Source of the DNA: a candidate division FCPU426 bacterium
GTDB taxonomy: Bacteria; Oederibacteriota; Muellerivitia; Muellerivitales; Muellerivitaceae
Assembly: GCA_963738405.1 (NCBI GenBank)
Contig: CAVTWJ010000005.1
Location: 32,001-96,000 of the forward strand
Direction of reading: 5' to 3'
DNA: 64,000 bases
Positions within the stretch are counted from its first letter, which is position 1. Every line of letters begins with the position of its first letter. The notes below the pieces were generated by a model. It was given only the letters and a program-made list of their open reading frames with translations. It did no database searches and was not told the origin of the DNA. A program made the position numbers and the translations under genes. Below are positions 21,014 through 31,427 of this stretch, piece by piece.

Positions 21014-21328
21014 TTATGACTGAATGATTTTTTCGATGGTCACCGAGGTAAACTTGGGGCGTGAACCCTTCGTTTTCATGGTGTTTTTCCGGCGAGTGTA
21101 GCGAAAAACCCGGATTTTTTTCCCTTGGGAATTTACAAGTATCTTTCCCTGCACCTTTGCTTTTTTGACTTCATCATGTTTGATCTTCAAGTGGCCATTG
21201 TCTTCTAATAGAAGGACTTGACTGAATTCAATTGCATCTCCGGGATTGCCACCCAGACGGTCCACCTTAATCACGTCCCCTTCGGCAACACGGTATTGTT
21301 TTCCCCCGGTTTGTATGACGGCGTACAT
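21014..21328 (-). CDS. rplU: 50S ribosomal protein bL21
   Basis: MYAVIQTGGKQYRV. Confidence 0.97.
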   Translation of the reverse strand: MYAVIQTGGKQYRVAEGDVIKVDRLGGNPGDAIEFSQVLLLEDNGHLKIKHDEVKKAKVQGKILVNSQGKKIRVFRYTRRKNTMKTKGSRPKFTSVTIEKIIQS

Positions 21329-21418
21329 TCAAAACCTCCTGAAAATGTGGCCCTATTAGCCGAGCCAAAGAAAAGTGAGTTTATTCAGGGGAAATGCTCT
21401 TGTCAAGCATTTGTCGGC

Positions 21419-22351
21419 CTAATACCAAAGAAGAAGACCGAATAAACTGGTACTGGTAATGAAACTGGAACTAATTTGGGAGGGTCTCCAGGCATAACCC
21501 AATTCATACTCCAGTTTCCCAAGATTGTATCTAAGACCGGCCCCGGCGGAAAATCCCCCGTTTAGGTTGTTCGGATCACTAAACCGGTAGCCGACCCTTA
21601 GCGCGAGGATACTGCGGTGCCAATATTCAACCCCAACGGATGCTTGATTCCCTTCGCCCTGGACGTAAAACCCTTCTACGCTTGATAAAAGAGTAGATGT
21701 AGGGGAAACAATTAAGGGCCGGGATAATGCCAATCGAAATGTTAGGGGAAGAGGGTCTTGTGAACCATCGCTGGGTTGATATTGAACCGCCGGGCCGATG
21801 TTTTGGGCGACTAAGGCGATATCGGTTTCCAACAATTGAACCTTGAAACCTAAATCCAAAGCCTCCACAAACGCCTGTTTATCTCCAAGGACCGAATAGA
21901 GCGTTTTTAACGCCCCCCCTACCGCGATAGCGCCAAACTGTTGAGCATCGGCTACCGTTAAAAGATAGTCACTCACATTCACCGGGGGATCTGTGGCAAG
22001 AGTATTCGAGATGGGCGGCATATGCCGAAAAATTAATTGTCCCCCTATATTTCCATAGTTTTGTGTGGGGACCGCCACAGAAAGCGCTTCGGTTTCTACT
22101 CCCGCAAACCCTTCTACATGATCGAGTCCCAAACTATATTTGGATACACGAGACAAGCCAGCCGGATTATAACCAATGACATAAACGTCATCGCCGAATG
22201 CCGCATAGGTTCCGCCCAAGGCCGCTGGCCGAACACCAATAGGGCTTTTCAAAAGATCCGCGCCGGTGGTTCCGGCGTCCTGACCTAATAAACGCACGGG
22301 AACGAAAAATAAAAGAAAAAGGAAAAGAGGCGTGGGTTGCGAATGTCTCAT
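21419..22351 (-). CDS. PorV/PorQ-family beta-barrel
   Basis: GADLLKSPIGVRPAALGGTYAAFGDD..YNPAGL; C-terminal aromatic residue. Confidence 0.85.
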   Translation of the reverse strand: MRHSQPTPLFLFLLFFVPVRLLGQDAGTTGADLLKSPIGVRPAALGGTYAAFGDDVYVIGYNPAGLSRVSKYSLGLDHVEGFAGVETEALSVAVPTQNYGNIGGQLIFRHMPPISNTLATDPPVNVSDYLLTVADAQQFGAIAVGGALKTLYSVLGDKQAFVEALDLGFKVQLLETDIALVAQNIGPAVQYQPSDGSQDPLPLTFRLALSRPLIVSPTSTLLSSVEGFYVQGEGNQASVGVEYWHRSILALRVGYRFSDPNNLNGGFSAGAGLRYNLGKLEYELGYAWRPSQISSSFITSTSLFGLLLWY

Positions 22352-22398
22352 TGAGCCAAACTAACACCCCCTTCAGGAAGGGGTCAAGAAGAGACGCC

Positions 22399-23937
22399 TT
22401 AGAGCTCCCCCCTTAAACCCAAACCGACGATTGTGGGGGATGAAAAGCCCGAATCCGGCCAGGAAACATTCCCTGTCGGAGATTGCGAAACATAGGCATA
22501 GAGGCCAAGATAGGGTTTCCATCGCCATTCGGCTCCCCATTCCCCCGCCAAATTCATTCCCAATGTTTTGCGCAACAGAACCCAGACGCTTGATCGGTCA
22601 GAAAAATTCAATCTCATTTCAGAACCGAAATCGTAGTCCCAATTTCCCGCAGAATCTTCCAAACATTCAATGGTCCATTGGGTCTCGAAAGAAGATATCC
22701 CCAAGACACGCGGAAGGGGCACCAGAAATTCACCCTGTCCCCGGCCGCCATCCTGGTTCCCCGAAGGTAGCGCAAGGTGAAGATACCCAAATCTCAGACG
22801 CCAGCGATTGTCGTTTTGGAAACCAACTCCGCCCTCCGCTTCCAATAGGTCCCCATTGGGTTGAACCGATTTGGATCCTTCTAAAAATATATTCCAGTCA
22901 TCCTGTACAAACTTCACTCCGGATACCCAGCTGAATTCGGTTGGCACTTCATTTGAGAAATCAAAACGAAAGGATCCGTGGGCGGTCAAGACACCGATCA
23001 AGTCAATCCATTCTGAATTCTGGACGTAGCCCTTCGAAACCTGACTTGAAATCCCTGATAAACTCCAATTTTGGAAATCCAACCCCATACCCCATTGGCT
23101 TTGAATCATCTCGGCCAAGTCGATTTTTCCACGCAAACGGCCGCCACCTTCTTGAACCGATTGATCACCATCCGTTGAGAAAGCCCAATAGGGCTTGAGG
23201 GTGGCGGTCAGCCATTCCCCATCAGTCCAGGTTAATTTGGGGCTGAGAACCGCCCAATTCAGTGTTGAGGATTCTTGAAGGGCCAACCCCAAAAGAGAAA
23301 GTTGCCAAAAATCATCCTGATATGGAACCGCGCTCGCTTCCAAGCCGTAGGACGGGTCGGATGAACTAATTCCATTCGAATTGGTTTGACGGGCGGAAAG
23401 AGAAAAAGAATAATTTTTTGCGTCCATCTCAAAAAATCCATTTTCGGAAATGTTTCCGGCTATCCCTCCCGAATACTTCAGATGGGTCTCATCCTGTGTT
23501 GTCAAATCTCGAACCACAACCGCTCCCGCGGCCCCTTCAGGTCCCAACCAAGCCTCTGAAGGAAGGTCAAACCAATCGGCGGTCCATCCTCCTGGAAAAT
23601 TAGAAAGAAAAGGCGTCATGCCAAACGGATTGGCTATGTCCTCGAAGAAAAGGCCCGAAGAAGTAGAAAAAGCCCCAATCCCAGGATGATTTTGGGGATT
23701 GTTCAAATTCCAACCCGGGAGACCCGCGCCTGATCCGTTGAGGTTGTGATATTCCCTGTTTTCCGAAAACCTTTGGATGTCCGGTGGAAGGTCCCCCAAA
23801 TATTGATCGACACCGGAAAAGTTCAAAACTTCCCCTTCCCGAAAGGGCTGATAGGGGTCCGGGGAAACTTGAGCAGATAGGGGGGATACCGCAAGCGTTA
23901 AAAAAAATAAAAAAATGAGTTCAGCCGCTGAGATCAA
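22399..23937 (-). CDS. Outer-membrane beta-barrel with degenerate TonB-receptor-like plug
   Basis: TTG start after GGGAGG, signal peptide, plug-like SEAWLGPEGAAGAV, alternating beta strands, ends GLGLRGEL. Confidence 0.55.
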   Translation of the reverse strand: MISAAELIFLFFLTLAVSPLSAQVSPDPYQPFREGEVLNFSGVDQYLGDLPPDIQRFSENREYHNLNGSGAGLPGWNLNNPQNHPGIGAFSTSSGLFFEDIANPFGMTPFLSNFPGGWTADWFDLPSEAWLGPEGAAGAVVVRDLTTQDETHLKYSGGIAGNISENGFFEMDAKNYSFSLSARQTNSNGISSSDPSYGLEASAVPYQDDFWQLSLLGLALQESSTLNWAVLSPKLTWTDGEWLTATLKPYWAFSTDGDQSVQEGGGRLRGKIDLAEMIQSQWGMGLDFQNWSLSGISSQVSKGYVQNSEWIDLIGVLTAHGSFRFDFSNEVPTEFSWVSGVKFVQDDWNIFLEGSKSVQPNGDLLEAEGGVGFQNDNRWRLRFGYLHLALPSGNQDGGRGQGEFLVPLPRVLGISSFETQWTIECLEDSAGNWDYDFGSEMRLNFSDRSSVWVLLRKTLGMNLAGEWGAEWRWKPYLGLYAYVSQSPTGNVSWPDSGFSSPTIVGLGLRGEL

Positions 23938-23963
23938 ACCATCCTCCCGGGAAACTGCGGAAA

Positions 23964-24040
<77 letters not shown>

Positions 24041-24064
24041 TTAAGATCAGCCTAAACCCTAAAG

Positions 24065-25870
24065 CTAATTATGACTCAACTGCTCGATGGACTGAAGCTT
24101 GGCCATGGCCTTGCTGATATTATTCTTGGCGTTTACGTTAGTGGGATCCAACTTCAAACAATCTTGCCACTTTTGTACAGCCTCGTGAATATTGCCGTTA
24201 ATATAATTGTTCACCCCTTCGTAGTAAAGCGCCTTGACCTTGTCCGCGTCGACCTTTTCCTGGGACTGTTGGCCGGTCATTTGTTGGATTTGATCGTTGG
24301 CTTTCTCGTTGTTTGGATCAATGGAAAGAACACTCTCGTATTTTGACTTCGCGTTCACCTTGTCGCCGGAAGCAAACAACGTGTCACCCTCTTGCAATAA
24401 ACTGTCGACTTTAGTTCGTGTTTCCTTTTTGATGCGGAATAGATTCTCCTTCACTTCTACGTTGGTTGGATCTATGCGGTAGGCGGCTTCCATGGCTTCC
24501 AATGCCGATTTCAAATCTCCGGCTCCCATTTTCTTTTTTCCAACGGCCAGTGATTTTTCCAAATCCGCCACTTGAAGGGCTTTGATCTTACGAATTTTTG
24601 CCTGTACTGTTGAACTCGAAGGATTAACTTTTTTAGCCATTTGGTATTTCGCTAAGGCCCCGGAGTAATCCTTCTCGGCTGCCAATTCGTTTCCCTCGGC
24701 CAAAAGGGCCTTCACCTGCTCGCCGTTCGCCACCTTCGTGCTGGCAATAGCGTTCTTTACCTCCGCATTGTCAGGATCCATTTCCAAAGCCGCATTCCAT
24801 TCGCTCAATGCCTTTAAATTATCCTTGTTTTTTTGAAATTTCAGACCTGCCTGATAGTGCTTCTCGACCTCGGTTTCCAATTTCTTTTTCGCGTCGGCGA
24901 TAAAATCATTAGCCTGTTTGTTGATGATGGCATCAGGTTGGTATGTAAGAACTTTCTGCCATTCGGCGATGGCATCCGAATAGCGGTTGTTCAACAAAAA
25001 ACCATTGGCCTTGTCCATATGGGCGTTGATAGCAGCGTCAATGGCCTGGGCCTTCCCCACCGCAGCGTTTGAATCCTTGGGGTTCAATTTAAAAGCATGA
25101 TCAAAGGCATCCTCCGCCTCGTCATAAAGGCTGTTATCGTAGTAAGCTACCGCCAAGTTGTAGTAGGTTTCATCCAATGAGTTTACGTCTTGGGACGCAG
25201 CGGGTTTAGTGGTTTCAATCTCGATTGATTTCTTGAAGTTCTCGATGGCCTGATTAAAATTGCCCAGGTTGTAATAAGAAAAACCCAGGTACTTATAGGT
25301 AGGGGCATCTTTTTGTATTAGAACCGCCTTTTCCATATAACCAACAGCTTCTTTGTATTGCTTTTGTTGGTAATTTAAGACCCCAAGATCAAATAGTGCA
25401 TTGAAGTTTGCGTCATCATTGTTGAGTTTCAAATCTAATATTTGTTGCTCCAGTTCTTCGGCGCCATTGTAATTTTTTTGACTCATCGCGATTTTGGATT
25501 GGCATTGATATAGATACAGCATGATATCTTTATTATCGGGTTTGATTTTCAAGACATTTTGAAAATGGGTGATCGCAGTTGAACAATCCTGTTTTAAAAA
25601 AGCAGAAATCCCCAGACAGCTTTCCATCAACTCGCGGGACTGCGAATCGTTTGGATTCAGCCTGACACAGGTTTCAAATTCCGGTTCAGCCAAATCATAT
25701 TGGGATTGTTTTAAATAGCTAACCCCCAAATTGAAATGAGCCGTTGGATCATTGGGGTTGGATTTGATGGCGTCTTGCAAAGCTTGAATCTTGGCGTCTT
25801 GTGCCTTCAGTAACAACGGGAAAAGGAAAAGTAGAAGGAGGGAAAAACAAAACAAGGGATTCCTTCTCAT
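24065..25870 (-). CDS. Exported multi-TPR protein
   Basis: Signal peptide and many TPRs (AHFNLG, YYNLA, LxLDPxN); ATG at 25870 after GGAGG. Confidence 0.9.
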   Translation of the reverse strand: MRRNPLFCFSLLLLFLFPLLLKAQDAKIQALQDAIKSNPNDPTAHFNLGVSYLKQSQYDLAEPEFETCVRLNPNDSQSRELMESCLGISAFLKQDCSTAITHFQNVLKIKPDNKDIMLYLYQCQSKIAMSQKNYNGAEELEQQILDLKLNNDDANFNALFDLGVLNYQQKQYKEAVGYMEKAVLIQKDAPTYKYLGFSYYNLGNFNQAIENFKKSIEIETTKPAASQDVNSLDETYYNLAVAYYDNSLYDEAEDAFDHAFKLNPKDSNAAVGKAQAIDAAINAHMDKANGFLLNNRYSDAIAEWQKVLTYQPDAIINKQANDFIADAKKKLETEVEKHYQAGLKFQKNKDNLKALSEWNAALEMDPDNAEVKNAIASTKVANGEQVKALLAEGNELAAEKDYSGALAKYQMAKKVNPSSSTVQAKIRKIKALQVADLEKSLAVGKKKMGAGDLKSALEAMEAAYRIDPTNVEVKENLFRIKKETRTKVDSLLQEGDTLFASGDKVNAKSKYESVLSIDPNNEKANDQIQQMTGQQSQEKVDADKVKALYYEGVNNYINGNIHEAVQKWQDCLKLDPTNVNAKNNISKAMAKLQSIEQLSHN

Positions 25871-25894
25871 GAGAAAAACCTCCAAATAATTTAG

Positions 25895-27130
25895 TTAGGG
25901 ATTAGAAGTTGTTGCGTCAAGAATCAGCAGGTCATCGACTGGATTCGTTCCGCCTTGTTGGCAGCGGATCATTGTGCCATCGAAAGACCATGACAATTCG
26001 GAAGTATAGTCAAAATGTTGCGCTGTTTTCAACCAAGTTACATTCAACCCATCCGCAGTCATAACCCATATTTTTCTATCCCAAACAAAGGCAATTTTGT
26101 TACCAGCCGGATGAAAAGCTGGATGAAACCCAAGAGTAGGGATGGGAGTAGATGCAGTGAAGTATAAAGTCTTCGTTATATTTTTATTTAGATTCGTTTT
26201 TTCCAGTTTCCGCTTTTTCCCCGCGAGTCGTTCATAAACCAAGGATTGACTGTCCGCGCTCCAAGTCGGAAGCTCCGCCCCGAAGGTTTGCGGGAGCAAT
26301 TTGAAACTTACTTCATTAGAGTTGGGCAAAACCTTTGCGCTATAAAGATAGTAGATTCCGTTCTTCGCTTTTTTTCTCGAAACTAAAATTTGTCCGTCAG
26401 GCGAGAGTAATCCCGACTCCGCACCGGTAGGACTGGGCACAAAGTCGGCGGTAAAGCTATTGTTAAAGACAGTTTCAGATTTAATCCAAAGTGCCGTGGA
26501 ATCACAATTCTCAATCAGCGCCTCCCTTCTAATCCTATCCTGTAGAGCTTCCACCCTTGCCCTTTGCTCGGGCGCAACCAAAGCCGCGGGATAGGCTTCA
26601 ACAAGCGCTCGCACCAATTCTCCGGAATCTTTGTATTTTTTTTGATAAAAAAGGGTGGTTGCTGAACTGAGCTGAGAAGAAATAACTGTTTGTACCGCAT
26701 TGTGAATCTGAGCGTCTGAAAAACACATGTCCAAAGCCTTTTTGGAGTACTCGACTGCTTTGTTTTGGTCTTTTAGTTGGTTCCGGTAGAGATCCGCCAT
26801 TTTAAGTAATCCACGGAGATCCTCATCGGTGCCAGGGAATTCAGAATCGATTTTTTCATACCAACTGATGGCTTCGTCATATTGTGACCCAGAGATATCC
26901 ATAGCAGCCATCCTTGAATAGATAACCGCCTTCAGTTCAGTCTGGGGATGGTTTTTAAGATAATCTTGATAGGCCTTTAACGCCTGTTCCCGAAGGCCCT
27001 TTCGATCCAAGTCAGATGCCGTTTCGAACGAATCTGAAAAAATATGACATCCCCCCAAAAACAAAGTCAGGACCAAAAAACATCCCAGGATATTTGGGCT
27101 TTTAGGATTAAGGCTCAAGTCAAACTCCAA
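25895..27130 (-). CDS. Lipoprotein with TPRs and PD40/TolB-like beta-propeller
   Basis: Lipobox LGGC, TPRs, then LSPDG, WSADS, FHPAGNKIAF and WSFDG blade motifs. Confidence 0.8.
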   Translation of the reverse strand: MEFDLSLNPKSPNILGCFLVLTLFLGGCHIFSDSFETASDLDRKGLREQALKAYQDYLKNHPQTELKAVIYSRMAAMDISGSQYDEAISWYEKIDSEFPGTDEDLRGLLKMADLYRNQLKDQNKAVEYSKKALDMCFSDAQIHNAVQTVISSQLSSATTLFYQKKYKDSGELVRALVEAYPAALVAPEQRARVEALQDRIRREALIENCDSTALWIKSETVFNNSFTADFVPSPTGAESGLLSPDGQILVSRKKAKNGIYYLYSAKVLPNSNEVSFKLLPQTFGAELPTWSADSQSLVYERLAGKKRKLEKTNLNKNITKTLYFTASTPIPTLGFHPAFHPAGNKIAFVWDRKIWVMTADGLNVTWLKTAQHFDYTSELSWSFDGTMIRCQQGGTNPVDDLLILDATTSNP

Positions 27131-27131
27131 T

Positions 27132-28877
27132 TTACTTCGTTAGTATGATGATATCGACTCGACGGTTTCGCATATGCGCAATTTCGGTCCCCGATATTTC
27201 CAACGGCGCTGCGGTTCCATGTCCTCGCGCATAGAGGTTATCGGGAGAAATATTTTCTTTTTCAACTAAAAACCGCATGACGGAATCCGCGCGATACTGG
27301 GAAAGTCTAAGTGACTCATCCTCACTTCCTTCATCATCCGCATGCCCTTCGATATAAACCCTGGAATTGGGATATTTACGGATGAGACGAGCCACTTGAG
27401 CTAGATAGTTTTCATAGTCGAGGGACACCTCACTATTGCCCTCTCGGAATGACAGGCTCGGCAATTTGATGACACCCGACAAACCAAGGGGTTGAACATT
27501 CTCGGGCATCTTAGGCGGGGCTGGCGGTCTTGGAGCCGCGGCCTCCACCGCAAATACAGGCGCTTCCCTCTCTCCGATTGCGGTTGGAGAAACCCTGAAA
27601 ATGGGGTCGCTGGCTAAAACTTGTTGCCCCCTCGTATCCACCGTCCTCAAGTTATAGTTCGCGAAAATTCCTCCCGCCACCACATTTCCATTGGCATCCT
27701 TGCCGTCCCAGGCGATTTCCCTTGGGGGAACACCCTTGCCACTATAAGTCCTTAAAATATTTCCTTTTGGATCCGTGATTTCCAATGACCAATTTTTAAT
27801 ATCCGTTCGAGCCATCGGCTTGAGCTCAAAGGTGGCTTGTTTTAGGGAACCTGTTTTGAAATCCGCGATTTGAGGTTGAATTTGAACAGCAACTTGCTTT
27901 GCAGGGGGCTGAATTTTTTCTTCCGGTTCTAACTCGAAGGTTAACGAAAACCTTTGAGTGTCACCCAATGCCCCAAATGGAACTAAAGCGTAATCCAGTT
28001 CCCAGTCTTGGAATTTTACCCCGACCCCCATCGAGGCGCCCGATAAACCTCCCAGATCCTGGTTAAAATCATTCAAACTATAGCCCCCCCGCAGCGCAAC
28101 CGAAACGTTCTTATCCCCGATCCAAACCTCTCCCCCCGCGTTATAAATCGGATCACTATCAATCGCTTTTTGGACATCCACATCCACCACAAAATGCGTG
28201 GGATCCTGTGGTTGAAACCGATAGGCTAAGCCGGCTCGATAAACCATGGGAAGATCTTCTTGGGTTGAATATTGCGAAAAACTGGATAATTGTCCCAAAT
28301 TTTGTACTGAAAGCCCCAGAGTTAATTCTCTGTGATCCGTCGAAAGTAAAAGACCTCCATCTACCGCTTCGCCTGTGGCAGAAAATGTTAGTAAATTACT
28401 GTTAATGAATTTCGCCCCAATCCCGAAGGAAACATTAGGACCAAATGACTGTCCGAACCCGAGTTCAATGGCAAGGTCACTCGCACTTCCAGGAATAGCC
28501 GATGGATTATTGGTTGAATTGAAGGATGGGACAAAATCATAAGAGGCTCCCAATCCCAATGTGCTCCCAGGGTTTAAGGGAACCGCACCCGCTAAAAATT
28601 CATAGTTTGTACCGGCCAAATAGGAAATGTGTTGAGCGTTGATTTCCAAATGTTGGATTTGAGCAAGGCCCGCAGTATTCCAATAGGGCGCGGTGGGATC
28701 GTCCGCAACCGCCGTAAAAGCTCCACCCATGCCCGCGCCACGAACTCCTGTTGGGATTTCCAAGAATTGGACACCTGTCGAACTAATGCTGTCCGCACGT
28801 AAAAGACATGGGGAAATAAATGTAATGAAAAAGATAAAACACAAAACAGCAAAATTAGAGAAATGTCGTTGGGGCAT
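27132..28877 (-). CDS. PorV/PorQ barrel + FlgD-like Ig + OmpA-like peptidoglycan-binding domain
   Basis: FLEIPTGVRGAGMGGAFTAVADD..YWNTAGLA; WDGKDANG; IEGHAD..LSQYRA..NRRVDI. Confidence 0.9.
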   Translation of the reverse strand: MPQRHFSNFAVLCFIFFITFISPCLLRADSISSTGVQFLEIPTGVRGAGMGGAFTAVADDPTAPYWNTAGLAQIQHLEINAQHISYLAGTNYEFLAGAVPLNPGSTLGLGASYDFVPSFNSTNNPSAIPGSASDLAIELGFGQSFGPNVSFGIGAKFINSNLLTFSATGEAVDGGLLLSTDHRELTLGLSVQNLGQLSSFSQYSTQEDLPMVYRAGLAYRFQPQDPTHFVVDVDVQKAIDSDPIYNAGGEVWIGDKNVSVALRGGYSLNDFNQDLGGLSGASMGVGVKFQDWELDYALVPFGALGDTQRFSLTFELEPEEKIQPPAKQVAVQIQPQIADFKTGSLKQATFELKPMARTDIKNWSLEITDPKGNILRTYSGKGVPPREIAWDGKDANGNVVAGGIFANYNLRTVDTRGQQVLASDPIFRVSPTAIGEREAPVFAVEAAAPRPPAPPKMPENVQPLGLSGVIKLPSLSFREGNSEVSLDYENYLAQVARLIRKYPNSRVYIEGHADDEGSEDESLRLSQYRADSVMRFLVEKENISPDNLYARGHGTAAPLEISGTEIAHMRNRRVDIIILTK

Positions 28878-29043
28878 GTAAACCCTGTGATTAAAGGTTT
28901 TTTCGGATTATAACACGTGAAAACCGTGCAGTGTCAACGAACCCCCACCGATACCGCTTATCGACCTCCCTTTCGCCCCAGTAAAGATTTCATAACATCA
29001 GCCCCATCTTAGTCCCCCAACTTCCGAAGCCCAGCCTTCGCGA

Positions 29044-29071
29044 TTGCTACCTCAACAATTGCTGTTATAAT
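29044..29071 (+). promoter_or_regulatory. Promoter for the ppiD-like gene
   Basis: TTGCTA followed by an extended -10, TGtTATAAT. Confidence 0.55.
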
Positions 29072-29116
29072 GCGCAAGTTTTTCAACCATCCAACACATT
29101 TTTTGGAGTTCATCTC

Positions 29117-30583
29117 ATGATGCGCACCTTACGCGATAAAAAAACGATGCATGTAATTTTATGGCTTCTGATTGCCGCTTTCGTCATTGGCTTCCTTTTT
29201 CTGGCTAGCGGAAGGTGGTTAATGAAGGGAAATACGCAAGACCCTAATACCCTCGCCCAGATTGGAGACCAAAAAATCAGTTATTCTGATTTCGATAAAG
29301 CCTATCAACCCGCCTATGACAATTTGTTTGGCCGGGCTGAAATTGAACCCTCTCCAGAGCAAACCAAACACTTAAAAGAAGAAGTGTTAAACCAGTTGAT
29401 TGACGAGGCGATCTTAGAAAAAACAGCAGAAAAGCTTGGCCTTTCCGTTTCCATGGACGAGGTGGCCAGCGCCATTCAAAAATCCTCTTATTTTCAGGAT
29501 GAAAGCGGAAAATTTGACGCAAACATCTATTTCAAACTTCTCCAACAAAACAATCTGACTCCCGCGCTATTCGAAGCGTCCCAACAACGGCAAATGTTGA
29601 TTCAAAAAATTCAAGGGTTGTTGGACCAAAGCTATCTTTACGCACCCTCCGACGTGGAATCCTTTAAAACTTTTCTCAACCGGGATCTCAAGGCTTCCTA
29701 CATTTCCTTGAGCCCCTCGAGCTACGAAAAAAACATAACCGTTCATGAATCTGATCTACAGGATTATTTTGAGGCCCATCGTGAAAGGTACGATATAAAA
29801 GAACAAGCCAAAGCCAGGCATATCCTTATAAGCGTTCCATCCACCGCCGGTATGGCCGATCAAGCCAAAGCCAAACAAACTTTGGACGATCTTCGGTCTC
29901 AAATACTCGCAGGAAAAACAACATTTGCGGCTGCTGCCATTAAGTTTTCCCAGGATACCGGAAGCGGGAAAAAAGGCGGTGAATTGGGCTGGCTGGATAG
30001 GGGAATGACGGTTAAGGAGTTCGATGAGACCCTGTTTCACTTGAAAAAAGGTGAAATTTCGCAGCCTGTTCAGACAAAATTCGGCTACCACCTCATTCAA
30101 CTTGAGGATTACCAGGGGGCCCACAAAAGCGAATTTTCAGAGGTTCGTGGCAAAGTTGAAAAGCAATATCGTCAAGAAAAAGCGATCAACCAAATTATTG
30201 CCCTTTCAGGACAAATTGGCTCCAAGCTTCAATTACATGAGACTCTTGAGCAAATTGGAAAAGAGTTGTCGCTCACGGTTTCTCAAACCCTTTGGTTCAA
30301 TCGTCGGGCTGAAATACCTCACTTAAAAGATTCTCTTTCGGCAGCCGAAACCTTGAGCGACCTTTATACCGGCCAATGGAAAGGACCCCTTTCCATTGGC
30401 GAATCTCAATATTTTTTCCAGGTCACCGAAGAAAAACCAGCCCAACCTTTGAAAAAAGAAGATCCATCCGACCTTGCCCGCATTTACGAGACCTTTAAAA
30501 AGGACCGTGTAAACCTCTGGCTTAAGGATTTTTTAGAGGAACAACGAAAAGAACTGAAAGTTAAAACTTTCCTCACCGAATAA
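29117..30583 (+). CDS. PpiD/SurA-type peptidyl-prolyl isomerase chaperone
   Basis: N-terminal TM, SurA_N-like region, parvulin motifs ARHILI..FSQD..GGELGW..TKFGYHLI. Confidence 0.9.
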   Translation: MMRTLRDKKTMHVILWLLIAAFVIGFLFLASGRWLMKGNTQDPNTLAQIGDQKISYSDFDKAYQPAYDNLFGRAEIEPSPEQTKHLKEEVLNQLIDEAILEKTAEKLGLSVSMDEVASAIQKSSYFQDESGKFDANIYFKLLQQNNLTPALFEASQQRQMLIQKIQGLLDQSYLYAPSDVESFKTFLNRDLKASYISLSPSSYEKNITVHESDLQDYFEAHRERYDIKEQAKARHILISVPSTAGMADQAKAKQTLDDLRSQILAGKTTFAAAAIKFSQDTGSGKKGGELGWLDRGMTVKEFDETLFHLKKGEISQPVQTKFGYHLIQLEDYQGAHKSEFSEVRGKVEKQYRQEKAINQIIALSGQIGSKLQLHETLEQIGKELSLTVSQTLWFNRRAEIPHLKDSLSAAETLSDLYTGQWKGPLSIGESQYFFQVTEEKPAQPLKKEDPSDLARIYETFKKDRVNLWLKDFLEEQRKELKVKTFLTE

Positions 30584-31151
30584 GTCCCAAACGGTTCAAT
30601 TCGGGTAGGAGCCAATCGACCGGTAAACCAAGCACGTTGAAATAATCTCCAGAAAGATCGTTAATCCATTTTCGTGCCTGCCCCCTAATGTCATAGGCGC
30701 CGGCCTTGTCATAAGGCTCCAGGGTTTGGGTGTAGATATCCATCTCTTCTTTCCTCAACCGTCGAAAACCTACTCGACTCACTTCCAATTTGATACCTAT
30801 TTTTTTACCCCCCGGTCCCAAGAGAGCCGTTCCCGTAAAAACATAGTGTTGATATTGGGATAACCGCCGTAGTACCCACAACACTTCCTGGGCATCTTTG
30901 GGCTTGCCCAACAAGGCATTCCCCGCCACCACTACCGTATCGGCACCAATGACATATTTATTTGGATTTCGTATGGAAACTTCCTCTGCCTTTTGAAAGG
31001 CCAAACGCCGGACTAGGTGTTCGGCGGTTTCACCTCGGCGGGGAGTTTCATGAATACCCAGGGGCGGACTGACCCGAAAGTTAACGCCCCAAAAATCAAG
31101 AATAGCCTTACGCCTGGGAGATTGAGACGCGAGTAAAAGTTGGGCAGGCAG
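30573..31151 (-). CDS. maf: Maf-family nucleoside triphosphate pyrophosphatase (probable CTG start)
   Basis: The reading frame extends upstream of the track ORF to LLLASQSPRR; also GADT, GKP and KAGAY. Confidence 0.9.
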   Translation of the reverse strand: MPAQLLLASQSPRRKAILDFWGVNFRVSPPLGIHETPRRGETAEHLVRRLAFQKAEEVSIRNPNKYVIGADTVVVAGNALLGKPKDAQEVLWVLRRLSQYQHYVFTGTALLGPGGKKIGIKLEVSRVGFRRLRKEEMDIYTQTLEPYDKAGAYDIRGQARKWINDLSGDYFNVLGLPVDWLLPELNRLGLIR

Positions 31152-31161
31152 AAGAAATTCC

Positions 31162-31416
31162 CTATTTCGCGAAATACAACCCGGTAATCGCCCCGATTAG
31201 TCCGAACAGATTCAAAAATATTTTGATCCCAAAGGTGAGGACAATGATGCGCAGATTAAACACTAGGGGTTCGTCAAAACCCAAGGTAAACCCCTTGATA
31301 AAAACATCGTGAAAAAAACCAGCCGGAATTAAAAGGGCCATTAATTCGCCGAAATACCCGCCCAAAATCCCACCCAACAAAACGAAAAGAAAAGAAGTTC
31401 CAATGTTTTTAGCCAT
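31162..31416 (-). CDS. Small membrane protein, DUF4321-like
   Basis: Two hydrophobic segments flanking a beta hairpin; adjacent to maf. Confidence 0.7.
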   Translation of the reverse strand: MAKNIGTSFLFVLLGGILGGYFGELMALLIPAGFFHDVFIKGFTLGFDEPLVFNLRIIVLTFGIKIFLNLFGLIGAITGLYFAK

Positions 31417-31427
31417 CTCTATTCTCC

